DNA of 64,000 bases from a virus (IMGVR_UViG_3300028840_001168:1-64000), one strand, 5' to 3'; positions 54,276 through 62,470 are shown, counted from the first letter of the stretch. Notes: generated by a model from the sequence alone, not told the origin. A program made the numbers and translations.

Positions 54276-55011
54276 CCAGGATCTCCTCGGCGGTGACGAA
54301 CCGCCGCCAGATGGCGACCACAACGCCCCGCCGGTTGTCGATCAGTACGACGGTCGGGGTACTAAGGATGTGCCGTGGCGGGCGCTTGGTCTCTACCATG
54401 TAGACGTTCGCACTGAAGCCTTTCTTTCGCAACTTGGCGATCTCGTCGTACTGCCGATTGCACACTTCGTTATTGCTCAACCACACAACTAGGTTCAGAG
54501 CGTGGACCTGTGCCTTCGGGCTGAAAATGTTGTAGTCCTCGTCGTTGTCTACTTCCTCGTCGGCTTCTTCTCCATCCTCTTCCTCCGTAACCTGGAGTAT
54601 CGCGTCGATTTCTGCGGTGGTTTTGAAGCCTGCGATGACTGTAACTCGCGGACCGTTGAGGCGATCTCGGTTGACCACGATGGTTGGGAAGCTTTTGACC
54701 CACCGGGGCGCTGGCACTTTCCGCAACACGACGTTGTATCCCGCCTTCCGAAGAGCCGGAATCTCCGCCTCCATTTGCTGACACCCGTAGCAGTCTCGCG
54801 TGGACCAGATTGTGAGGAACAGGTTTCGTCTGGGGTTCGCGTCAAACTGATATAGTCGTTCGCCACTGAGAGCATGGCCATTATCTGCTTGGGCCACGAT
54901 GCTGGTTTGATCAGCAACGAGCGAATCGCTCTCTTCAACCGCAACCATAGCGATAGTAATTGCAAAGGCCGCATAACAAGCTCCGATCACTGTCCAAATC
55001 TTGCGGTTCAT
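54262..55011 (-). CDS. membrane-anchored double thioredoxin-fold (DsbA/TlpA-like) thiol-disulfide oxidoreductase
   Basis: N-terminal signal anchor MNRKIWTVIGACYAAFAITIAMVAV. Two Trx-like CxxC contexts, WSTRDCYGCQQM and WLSNNEVCNRQY. Confidence 0.55.
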   Translation of the reverse strand: MNRKIWTVIGACYAAFAITIAMVAVEESDSLVADQTSIVAQADNGHALSGERLYQFDANPRRNLFLTIWSTRDCYGCQQMEAEIPALRKAGYNVVLRKVPAPRWVKSFPTIVVNRDRLNGPRVTVIAGFKTTAEIDAILQVTEEEDGEEADEEVDNDEDYNIFSPKAQVHALNLVVWLSNNEVCNRQYDEIAKLRKKGFSANVYMVETKRPPRHILSTPTVVLIDNRRGVVVAIWRRFVTAEEILDVLR

Positions 55012-55015
55012 GACA

Positions 55016-56011
55016 TTACCATATCTCATAATCAGGGATGTCGACTCGCGGGTACCCAACGTAACCACTCAAGGCGTGGCAATCGCCCTGTGCGAGCATC
55101 GAATTGATTGTTTCCTCATCGCACCAGAACGACCCAGCCGGCTGGTTGTGTCGCGTAGGCCCGGTGACCCAGTTGCCCCAACTGTTTTGGATGCAGATGC
55201 CACGGCGTCGATACTTACGATCGAAGCCGATGCCCAACATCGCATGGCCCCACAGGCCGCGACGGCGTAGGAAGCCATCCCGGTCCCGTACCCAATACTC
55301 GGAAGACATTCCGAAGCCCACGTTGCTGCACAACGTGACTGGGTAGCCGTTGGCGATCGCGTCACACGCTTCATCGAACGTGTTGACCAGTGCAATGGTT
55401 CTTACTGGGTGCAGCTTGGCGATCGGCTCAAGCTCATCGGGGCACCCAAGACGGCCTAGCCGTTTGGCCAGGCTTCCGCTGTACGTTGTGAAATCGTGAC
55501 CGCCCGGGTACTGCTGCCTCAGGAGGGCCCCGTATCGGATGAGCCATTCAGCGGCCCAGTGTCCGACCGACCCGTCCCCTACCAACCCGCCGCCACCGAT
55601 CTCGACTCGTGAGCCACCGTAGAGGGGTTCAGTGGCACACTCGGCGACCCACCGCTCCGGCCGATTCAACATGAACGCCTGGGTAGCGGTGAGCATATCC
55701 ACGCCAAGAGCAAAGGCGTGACCAACACAGTCACCAATCTGCTGCGCGTGGGGTACTATCTCGTGGCCCTGTGCTTGCTCCATGAACTGATGAAGCATGA
55801 CAACTTTGCCGTCACTCGTTCCCTTAATGCCCCGGGCCAGTTGGCTGAAAAACGGGTAACGATTACGCTTGATGAAAGCCCTACGGGCGGCTGGGCTGTG
55901 TACCCAGCCGCCGTAGAGCATCTTCTTCTCTTGAGCTTGGACCAATCCCGTAGGGAGTAGAAGGCCACTCGCAGTGGCGGTCATTCGCTTTAGGGCTTCC
56001 CTACGGTTCAT
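55016..56011 (-). CDS. Tat-signal papain-like (C1 family) cysteine peptidase
   Basis: Twin-arginine signal MNRREALKRMTATASGLLLPTGLVQA. The catalytic triad context is QQIGDCVGHAF (Cys), GHAMLGIGFD (His) and NSWGNWVTG (Asn/Trp). Confidence 0.65.
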   Translation of the reverse strand: MNRREALKRMTATASGLLLPTGLVQAQEKKMLYGGWVHSPAARRAFIKRNRYPFFSQLARGIKGTSDGKVVMLHQFMEQAQGHEIVPHAQQIGDCVGHAFALGVDMLTATQAFMLNRPERWVAECATEPLYGGSRVEIGGGGLVGDGSVGHWAAEWLIRYGALLRQQYPGGHDFTTYSGSLAKRLGRLGCPDELEPIAKLHPVRTIALVNTFDEACDAIANGYPVTLCSNVGFGMSSEYWVRDRDGFLRRRGLWGHAMLGIGFDRKYRRRGICIQNSWGNWVTGPTRHNQPAGSFWCDEETINSMLAQGDCHALSGYVGYPRVDIPDYEIW

Positions 56012-56027
56012 ATTCCAGCCTCCTTAC

Positions 56028-56765
56028 CTAAATAATATACTTGATCTCTGGGAACAGGGTCTCCAAGTAGTCATAGACATACGGGGTACCCTCCTCCACA
56101 GCACACGCCTTGCCGAGCCACCTGACGACTCGGAGTGACGGGCGATCCACCCAACCAACTGCATTAGCAGTCGCATCGTACAGTTCACTTGGGTCATCAC
56201 CAGCAGCCCACCAATTCTGCCCAGAAATAATGCTCAGGTCAACGAGGGCCTGCGCAGCGGGGCGATCACCTTGCCCAGACTCGGTTCGCGTGACCGCACC
56301 AAGGGTTCCACCACCGGAGATGTTGATGTTGGTTGTGGTAAACAACACAGGCATCTCAGCGACGTTTGCACCGTTGCAGGTGAAATACGTGTCACCGTCA
56401 GTGATATTGTTGTTGACCGAATTGACATTGATTTCGCCAGCGGAAATAGACGCCGGGGCAGCAGTATCAATTGCGGACTCAATGGCGGAATCGGCAGCAT
56501 TCCATGCGAGATTAGCCGTGGTGAACACGATGTCCTGTGTCGGGATGTTCACCGTGAGGGTCCAACAGCCACCGGTAACGGTACCCACGTTCTTAGCGAG
56601 CGTGGTGTATTCGTCGGTCGCTGAATTGATGGAAGTAAGAGCCTTTGGACCTTTACTGGCCATGTGCTGGAAGTAGTTCTTCACATGCCCGTCAGCCAGC
56701 CCAACGATCGGACGATTGACTTGAGGGTCAGTGTAGGCCAAGAGGGCCGTGTAAATGTCAGCCAT
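56028..56765 (-). CDS. hypothetical protein, tandem paralogue 2 (245 aa)
   Basis: Shares TANxAxNAxxxxIExAxDTAxPAxxxxGxINVxxxxxNxTDGxxxFTCNGxNVAxMPVLxTTTNxNxSGGGTLGAxTRT with 56780-57535. Confidence 0.5.
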   Translation of the reverse strand: MADIYTALLAYTDPQVNRPIVGLADGHVKNYFQHMASKGPKALTSINSATDEYTTLAKNVGTVTGGCWTLTVNIPTQDIVFTTANLAWNAADSAIESAIDTAAPASISAGEINVNSVNNNITDGDTYFTCNGANVAEMPVLFTTTNINISGGGTLGAVTRTESGQGDRPAAQALVDLSIISGQNWWAAGDDPSELYDATANAVGWVDRPSLRVVRWLGKACAVEEGTPYVYDYLETLFPEIKYII

Positions 56766-56779
56766 CTAAGGCTCCTTTC

Positions 56780-57535
56780 TTACGAAGTATGGGGGCCAAA
56801 GAGAGCTTCGGGAAGGCCATACAGAGTACGGACAGCGTCACGGTTGTCGCTGATCCCTTCCTCCACCTTCAGTTGCGTGGCGAGGAACTCGATCGTCTCC
56901 AACCAAGCTCGACGGTACCAACCGATGTAGTCGTTCGGTGCCGTTGTGGGCTTGACCCAGTCGGTGCTGGCTTCACCCGATGCGGGCACAGTACCGTCGA
57001 TGATGTTCAGCTCGTACAGCGCCTGGAGGGCGTTGCGGTTGGGCTGGCCATCAGTTGTCCGCGTGGTGGCACCGAGTGTGCCGCCGCCGGAGAGGTTGAC
57101 GTTCGTCGTGGTGATCAGTACGGGCATGCTGGCCACGTTCGCACTGCCGTTGCAGGTGAACGTCATGTTACCATCAGTCAGGTTGGTACCACTGGCCGCG
57201 ACGTTGATGTCGCCATCAGGTACTGTCGCTGGGCTGGCGGTGTCGAGAGCACCTTCAATCGTCCCGGCCGTCGCGTTGTGGGCGATGTTGGCCGTCGTGT
57301 AAGTGATCCCCCGGGTCGGGAGGTTCACTGTGATCGTGAAGTTGCCGCCACTGACCGTACCATTGTACGTTGCAACGACGGTGACTTCGTTCGCGGACGT
57401 GTTAGCCGACGTCAGATTGGCCACTGAGAGGGCTGCCTCTCGCGTGATCTGCTGCTTTGCCCGCGAGATTGCCCGACCCGCTTTGGCGGCCGGAAAGGTT
57501 GCATTGTCAATCAAATTCTGGAAGATGTTAGCCAT
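56780..57535 (-). CDS. hypothetical protein, tandem paralogue 1 (251 aa)
   Basis: See paralogue 2. Thr/Asn-rich. Confidence 0.5.
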   Translation of the reverse strand: MANIFQNLIDNATFPAAKAGRAISRAKQQITREAALSVANLTSANTSANEVTVVATYNGTVSGGNFTITVNLPTRGITYTTANIAHNATAGTIEGALDTASPATVPDGDINVAASGTNLTDGNMTFTCNGSANVASMPVLITTTNVNLSGGGTLGATTRTTDGQPNRNALQALYELNIIDGTVPASGEASTDWVKPTTAPNDYIGWYRRAWLETIEFLATQLKVEEGISDNRDAVRTLYGLPEALFGPHTS

Positions 57536-57583
57536 TTACCGGCCTCCGAGTAGAAAAGGTTATGCGCTACCGTGCGCCGGGCG

Positions 57584-58357
57584 TCATTGGGCGTATCGCC
57601 TGAGCCCCTTAGCGATCTCCCTCCATGTCTCTTTATGCTGGTCAGGGGTGGCCAGCGTGCCGTTCTTCGCTCGATGTTCGAGCGTGGCCTTGATCTTGGC
57701 CAAAAGGGGCTTCCAGGTCACCAGGTTGTCGCCCAGGGCGGCCCGGTTGGCCTCCGCTGTGGCCTCGATGATGCCCTTCGGCGTGCTGATGGCTGTGATC
57801 CGGCTCGCAACTTCCTCGAAGCTGGCGGCCAGGAGGAGGGCCTGGTTACTATCGAGCTGCATCGGGTACAGCCAGTAAGGAATCCAGTCGACCAGGCTTT
57901 GACCCTCCGGTCTTTCCGGTGGTCCTTCGATCTTCACGGTGTGCGTCACCACGTCCACGCTGCCGCCCTTGGCGACCGCGATGATGAACATGTAGTCCCC
58001 GGGGCTCCGGGCCGAGAAAACGGCCCTGCGGCCGTCCTCGTAGGCTTCAAAGTCCACTGATTCGGGCAGCAGGAGCCACTTGATGCTGTCGGCCTCGCTC
58101 TGGGTAAGATCGAACCGAATCAGCTCACCTACTCGCCCCTTTGTGGGGGCTTCGATGACTACCTTAGCGACCTCAGCGTCTCCGACAAGCGTCCCTGGCG
58201 ATCCGTTACCCGAATCAGCCTGCGGTTCAGTCGTCGAATCCGCCGCAACAAGAGCCGTTGGCGACAGTCGATCAGCCTGAGACGTAGCCTGAGAGATAGA
58301 CACCGGACCCGACGCAAAGCCGATCGCAAACGCGAGTACATAAACAAGACCTTTCAT
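57584..58357 (-). CDS. secreted hypothetical protein (257 aa)
   Basis: Signal peptide MKGLVYVLAFAIGFASGPVSISQA. Confidence 0.5.
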   Translation of the reverse strand: MKGLVYVLAFAIGFASGPVSISQATSQADRLSPTALVAADSTTEPQADSGNGSPGTLVGDAEVAKVVIEAPTKGRVGELIRFDLTQSEADSIKWLLLPESVDFEAYEDGRRAVFSARSPGDYMFIIAVAKGGSVDVVTHTVKIEGPPERPEGQSLVDWIPYWLYPMQLDSNQALLLAASFEEVASRITAISTPKGIIEATAEANRAALGDNLVTWKPLLAKIKATLEHRAKNGTLATPDQHKETWREIAKGLRRYAQ

Positions 58358-58379
58358 GGTTTCCTCGGAGGCGAGAGGG

Positions 58380-58559
58380 TTACTTTGGACGAACCTTCTT
58401 GAGGGTCCGCATGAGAGTACAACGTCGTTGCGCCAGAGGGCTCAATTTGCTCTTTGGCTGGTTACAGAACTGGGTCGGCGTCATGCCCACGCGGGCGGCC
58501 TGGGCTGTCAGTGCTCCAGGGTTCTTGATCGCACCTGCGATCCACTTCTTCTTAGCCAT
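58380..58559 (-). CDS. small basic protein (59 aa)
   Basis: MAKKKWIAGAIKNPGALTAQAARVGMTPTQFCNQPKSKLSPLAQRRCTLMRTLKKVRPK. Preferred over the 110-aa track ORF because the upstream gene's stop sits 1 nt before this ATG. Confidence 0.35.
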   Translation of the reverse strand: MAKKKWIAGAIKNPGALTAQAARVGMTPTQFCNQPKSKLSPLAQRRCTLMRTLKKVRPK

Positions 58560-58560
58560 T

Positions 58561-58776
58561 TCAGAATCCGCGTACGATCGGTTTCGCCTGTGGCTCCTTG
58601 ACGTTGCCAGCGGCTCCACCAGCGGCGGCTCCACGACCGGCTTTACCAGCGGCTGCCGGGGCGTATTGGGCCGGCGGCTTGGCTTCACCAGGGGTTCCGG
58701 GGCTCTGAGCACCGGCTCCGGGGCGTCCAGTCTTCGGGCCGACGCCCATTGGGGATGGTTTACCTGAAAGTGACAT
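58561..58776 (-). CDS. Gly/Pro/Ala-rich small protein (71 aa)
   Basis: MSLSGKPSPMGVGPKTGRPGAGAQSPGTPGEAKPPAQYAPAAAGKAGRGAAAGGAAGNVKEPQAKPIVRGF. Low complexity, so the coding status is uncertain. Confidence 0.3.
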   Translation of the reverse strand: MSLSGKPSPMGVGPKTGRPGAGAQSPGTPGEAKPPAQYAPAAAGKAGRGAAAGGAAGNVKEPQAKPIVRGF

Positions 58777-58778
58777 GC

Positions 58779-58934
58779 TCAACCTCGATTTCTTGGGGAT
58801 TTGATGGAAAATGTTTTGGCTACCTTGCTCACTTTACCGCCGGCTTCCTTCTTCGCCGGTTTTGACTGCTGATCGAAGGTGTGCGCGGCGGGCGAACGCT
58901 TCGATTTCGGGTTATCGGGCGAAAGTTTGGTCAT
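58779..58934 (-). CDS. small basic protein (51 aa)
   Basis: MTKLSPDNPKSKRSPAAHTFDQQSKPAKKEAGGKVSKVAKTFSIKSPRNRG. GGAG 8 nt upstream. Below the ORF-track cutoff. Confidence 0.35.
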   Translation of the reverse strand: MTKLSPDNPKSKRSPAAHTFDQQSKPAKKEAGGKVSKVAKTFSIKSPRNRG

Positions 58935-59014
58935 TTTGGGGCTCCAAAACAGGAAAAGTCGTCAAAATTGACGATGTTTTAGCGTTTTCGGTCGAAAAAC
59001 CGACCCATTTAGGG

Positions 59015-59197
59015 TCAATTGTCTCCGAGCTTGCAGAGCAGGGCTCCGGCGATCGAGCTGACGAAGAGGACGACGTCGGTCCAGATCAGCTTCGCCCCGA
59101 CCTGATACCAGGACTCGGGCACCCAGACCGCCGCGACTCCAAGAGCCGTGCCGATCCCAAGGGTTACGAGGCATCCATTGAAGAAGTAGCGGTACAT
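59015..59197 (-). CDS. small membrane protein (60 aa, 2 TM), holin-like by size and topology
   Basis: CLVTLGIGTALGVAAVWV and VVLFVSSIAGALLC are hydrophobic helices. Confidence 0.45.
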   Translation of the reverse strand: MYRYFFNGCLVTLGIGTALGVAAVWVPESWYQVGAKLIWTDVVLFVSSIAGALLCKLGDN

Positions 59198-59276
59198 GAC
59201 TGGGTTCCTGGGCTGTGGGGGCGTTCAGCCGCGTCCCTGGGGGCGGGGCTGAGCGGCCCCTCGGGCCGCCGTTGGA

Positions 59277-59465
59277 CTACTTGATGGGTTGGCTCGTGAA
59301 GAGCCGCAGGATCACGTTCAGGGCGGACTGAGCGGCGACGAAACCGGCCACGAGGGCGGGATTCTCGGCGATCAGGTCACTGCCGGCCACCAGACCGACG
59401 ATGCCCGTGGCGAGCACGAGGGCATTGACCCAGACGGTCTTACTGGCGAAAAGGCTCTTCTTCAT
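59277..59465 (-). CDS. small membrane protein (62 aa, 2 TM), holin-like by size and topology
   Basis: VWVNALVLATGIVGLVAGS and LVAGFVAAQSALNVIL. Confidence 0.45.
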   Translation of the reverse strand: MKKSLFASKTVWVNALVLATGIVGLVAGSDLIAENPALVAGFVAAQSALNVILRLFTSQPIK

Positions 59466-59467
59466 GG

Positions 59468-59965
59468 CTACTCCTCGTTGTTACAGGTACCGATGGCTTC
59501 GATCAGACGATGTGCAATCCGATCGACGATGTCGTCCCGACCAGGGACACCTTCTAGCTCTTCCGAGATGATTCCGACCAACTCCTGGGCCAGATTGAGG
59601 ATGCTGGCCTTGTTGAGGACGTTGCCGAGGCTGGAATCCATTCTGTGGCAAGCTGAGACCAGTTTCTCCACGGTGCTCAGGTACTGGTGCAAGATCCCCA
59701 TAGAGGCGACGAATTCGGCCTCGTTGGTGGCGAGATTGAGCCGAGTCTCGATGAGGGCTCGGGTTAAGGCGATTTCCTCACGCAAATCCTTTATCTGGTT
59801 GACAGCGTTGTGCCTATCGTGAGTACCGCCGACAAGGCAGTTGGTGATCTGGTAGTGCCGAAGGGCCTGATCGGGGTCGACGGGACCGTGGTTCTGGCAA
59901 AACGAGCCTTGGACGGCCTCTCGGTCGCATTGGCCGGCTGCTGTGACCCATTTGCATCTGTTCAT
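59468..59965 (-). CDS. hypothetical protein with an N-terminal zinc-finger-like motif; first gene of the late operon
   Basis: Start at MNRCKWVTAAGQCDREAVQGSFCQNHG (C-x8-C-x9-C-x2-H), directly downstream of control motif copy 3 and a GGAGGGG SD. Confidence 0.5.
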   Translation of the reverse strand: MNRCKWVTAAGQCDREAVQGSFCQNHGPVDPDQALRHYQITNCLVGGTHDRHNAVNQIKDLREEIALTRALIETRLNLATNEAEFVASMGILHQYLSTVEKLVSACHRMDSSLGNVLNKASILNLAQELVGIISEELEGVPGRDDIVDRIAHRLIEAIGTCNNEE

Positions 59966-59983
59966 AATTTCCCCTCCTATTAT

Positions 59984-60022
59984 TATGTCGTGCAAATCCG
60001 GATCATTTGAAACTAGAAAATC
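59984..60022. promoter_or_regulatory. conserved control motif, copy 3
   Basis: tatgtcgtgcaaatccggatcatttgaaactagaaaatcc has the same orientation as copy 1. In gene orientation, TTGCACGACATAATAATAGGAGGGGAAATTATG. Confidence 0.5.
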
Positions 60023-60039
60023 CCAGGGACCGTCGAAAT

Positions 60040-61060
60040 GGGCCCGAAGTCCTTGACAGTCCAGGACTTATGATTTTGATAATTATGAGTGTCGCGTCAG
60101 TGCTCCTGGTTCTGGGGTGTGGAGTGTCGAAAGGGCGGGGAGGGGGTATAATCGGCAACACTGCTTCATCCAGGATAATCAGACCCACCCGCACCACCGC
60201 CCCCACCTCCCCACTCCCTACAACCAGGATACATGATATCATCATCACAATCCACACCATCACTACTACCCGTACATCCCACATCCTGTCACCCAGGGTC
60301 CGGTTGTACTGGATGTGCCGGACGTGCTGATTGTACAGGCTGCACCACCTGTACCAGGGATACTGGGTGTAGGGGTTGGGGAGGTGGGTGGGGTTACACT
60401 GATCAGGTATAGTTGTACTGATGATAACAGGGATACTGGGTGTAGGGGGTGTATCAAATAGGGGATTTGCAGCGATCCAAACAATTGTAGCGGTGGCGCG
60501 CTGTTATGCAGCCTGCGCCTATATGTACATCTGTATCGGTACTGCCACCTACACCCATTCTCCCAGGTATAGGGGTTGTCAAGATAATTCATCCTGGAGC
60601 TGCACATCCAGAACAATCGGCATTACCAGCATAGGCCCTATGGGTTACAGTTACGGGTTAAGACGCATAACCCTCCTCTATATTATTTTCATCATCATCA
60701 TCATCATCTATATGTAAGTCATAGGTGTAACCCTCGATCGTAACCCATTTATCCAACTAATTGGTACATCTGGACTTGCGCCGGATTGTGCCGGATATTC
60801 CGGGTTACGGGGTCGTAAAGTGTAACCCACTTGGGCCCACTATAGGGGTATTCCAGGTTGCCCCGATCGTAGGGTGTGGTATGGTCATACCCCTCATAGG
60901 GGTTATTTCGAGGGTGCGGATTGGGTTACACTTGACGGTCCTGACGGTCGTAGCGTAACCTCGATTACAACGACAAAACCCAGGAAACCGGTCATTCCGG
61001 TCGCCTGGGTTTTGCTACTTATTCGGATTTTAGGGCACTTTCCGCTATAACCCCTACATT
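60040..61060. repeat. non-coding repeat-dense region about 1 kb long, a candidate origin or control region
   Basis: At least 8 copies of a GGGTTAC(A/G) core occur in both orientations. There are 4-5 copies of ATAGGGGTTAT, a direct repeat CAGGGATACTGGGTGTAGGGG x2 (60357, 60429), a (CAT)6 run (60690-60710), and poly-purine and poly-pyrimidine tracts. No convincing ORF. Confidence 0.6.
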
Positions 61061-61068
61061 CGTTCAGT

Positions 61069-61257
61069 TCATTCCAAGACCTCCAATCCGCACGCCCGGT
61101 AGAACACGTCCCGCTTGAAATAATCGTTAAAGGCGGTGCCAACGGCCGCCATCCGCTTGATCGCCCGAATCGCTACAGCCCGTTCCTCCAGTGTTTCCGT
61201 ACTTTCCAGCAGATCCCGCAGCTCCGCTGCAATCATCTTGAAATGCCTTTTCTGCAT
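61069..61257 (-). CDS. hypothetical small protein (62 aa), lower-GC block
   Basis: ORF-track ORF. Its codon usage, with many AAA/GAA/GAT codons, differs from the rest of the window. Confidence 0.4.
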   Translation of the reverse strand: MQKRHFKMIAAELRDLLESTETLEERAVAIRAIKRMAAVGTAFNDYFKRDVFYRACGLEVLE

Positions 61258-61262
61258 AATCG

Positions 61263-61493
61263 CTACCTCCCCAATATCTGGTACGCCTGTTCAAGCGTCA
61301 TATTCGTTGCATCCGGAAACTCCGGAGCCGACGCCCCAATCGCCACAAAGATCAAAGCTATCACCATCGGTACGACCGTCATGATCAGCCCGAACCGCAA
61401 TTGCCGCACATCCGGCAAAGTCAGGTCCGCCATTATCATCCATATTCCCGATATCATCGTCAGGAACAGGAAGCCCCCTAGAATCAGTCCCAT
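61263..61493 (-). CDS. small membrane protein (76 aa)
   Basis: Two hydrophobic helices (ILGGFLFLTMISGIWMIMA; IMTVVPMVIALIFVAIG). Confidence 0.4.
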   Translation of the reverse strand: MGLILGGFLFLTMISGIWMIMADLTLPDVRQLRFGLIMTVVPMVIALIFVAIGASAPEFPDATNMTLEQAYQILGR

Positions 61494-61505
61494 CGGTACA
61501 ACCCC

Positions 61506-61718
61506 TCAGACCGTCAAAGGTTGATTCGGCCGCATAACCTTGAGAACCGGCACTTCCGGAGCATCCAGCCGAGCCTGTACTTCCCGATCAACCTCTTCCA
61601 TCGCTTCAATCCGCGCATCCATCCGAGCCTGTACAATCTCTTCGCGTGTCATAATCGCCACTCCCATTACAATCCGAACCGTCGTGAAAACCGTACTGAC
61701 CGCCAGTACGCATACCAA
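61506..61718 (-). CDS. hypothetical small protein (70 aa)
   Basis: ORF-track ORF. Hydrophobic N-terminus then a charged helix. Confidence 0.4.
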   Translation of the reverse strand: MVCVLAVSTVFTTVRIVMGVAIMTREEIVQARMDARIEAMEEVDREVQARLDAPEVPVLKVMRPNQPLTV

Positions 61719-61776
61719 ACCCTACGAGCCTCAGAACTGGACCTACGCCGCCTTTTCGCGCCATCCGGCATGATCG

Positions 61777-62085
61777 TTACCTCCCGCACGGCCGGTAGCC
61801 GTTGCGTAATTGCGCCAACCGGATTGACCGTCGCATCTCCGCTTGTCGCTTCAATTCCTGCGACCGATTCGACCGTTGCATTAGGTCGTCCCAGTCATAA
61901 CCGTACCCAAGCAGCACAACCATCACAACCAGGTAGAACATCGTAACCCCTCCAACCGTCAGGATCAGTACGTTCGCGGCGATAGGACATTCGTTTGAAT
62001 CCAGGCGACCGCTACAACCGTCACAAAGAAAGCAATTCCGATATCCATTGTTTCGTTCCCGTTTGCGTGTTTCGTTTCCCCTCAC
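61777..62085 (-). CDS. hypothetical protein; a shorter form starting at 61941 (MFYLVVMVVLL...) is possible
   Basis: ORF-track ORF. The internal ATG at 61939-61941 is preceded by GGAGGGGTTACG. CFLCDGC...C in the upstream part could be a zinc ribbon. Confidence 0.35.
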   Translation of the reverse strand: MRGNETRKRERNNGYRNCFLCDGCSGRLDSNECPIAANVLILTVGGVTMFYLVVMVVLLGYGYDWDDLMQRSNRSQELKRQAEMRRSIRLAQLRNGYRPCGR

Positions 62086-62194
62086 TATCTACAGTCTACC
62101 CGCGCCCGGCCGATTGTCAAACGGTCGGCCGAATAATAATCCGAGAATCGACGTAACTCGTTACGCTGCATAGGGTTAAAATTTTAGAGAATAT

Positions 62195-62470
62195 CGGCCG
62201 ACAGCGGCCGACAGCGGCCACCGGGAGACCACCGGGAGACCGTCCAGCGGCCGACAGCGGCCACCGGGAGACCAGCGGCCGACAGCGGCCACCGGGAGAC
62301 CGTCCAGCGGCCACCGGGAGACCAGCGGCCGACAGCGGCCACCGATCGGCCACCGGGAGACCAGCGGCCACCGGGAGACCGTCCAGCGGCCGACAGCGGC
62401 CGACAGCGGCCACCGGGAGACCAGCGGCCACCGATCGGCCACCGGGAGACCAGCGGCCGACAGCGGCCAC
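62195..62470. repeat. mosaic minisatellite (about 276 bp) built from modules GGCCGACAGC, GGCCACCGGGAGACC and GGCCACCGATC with AGC/GTCCAGC linkers
   Basis: Directly visible tandem array of more than 20 module copies. The module lengths of 10, 15, 11, 3 and 7 nt do not preserve a reading frame. Confidence 0.9.

Noticed and set aside
60007-60330. Plus-strand ORF that could encode a lipoprotein (MILIIMSVASVLLVLGCGVSKG... from the ATG at 60070)
   Set aside because: The signal peptide and lipobox-like LGC are suggestive. The remainder is Thr/Pro/Ile low complexity encoded by the poly-pyrimidine tract of the repeat region. There is no clear RBS, and it overlaps control motif copy 3 and the iteron-like block. 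It is kept as an open possibility, not a feature.
62195-62470. CRISPR array
   Set aside because: The repeat units are 10-15 bp modules abutting each other with no unique spacers of 25-40 bp, so this is a minisatellite, not CRISPR.
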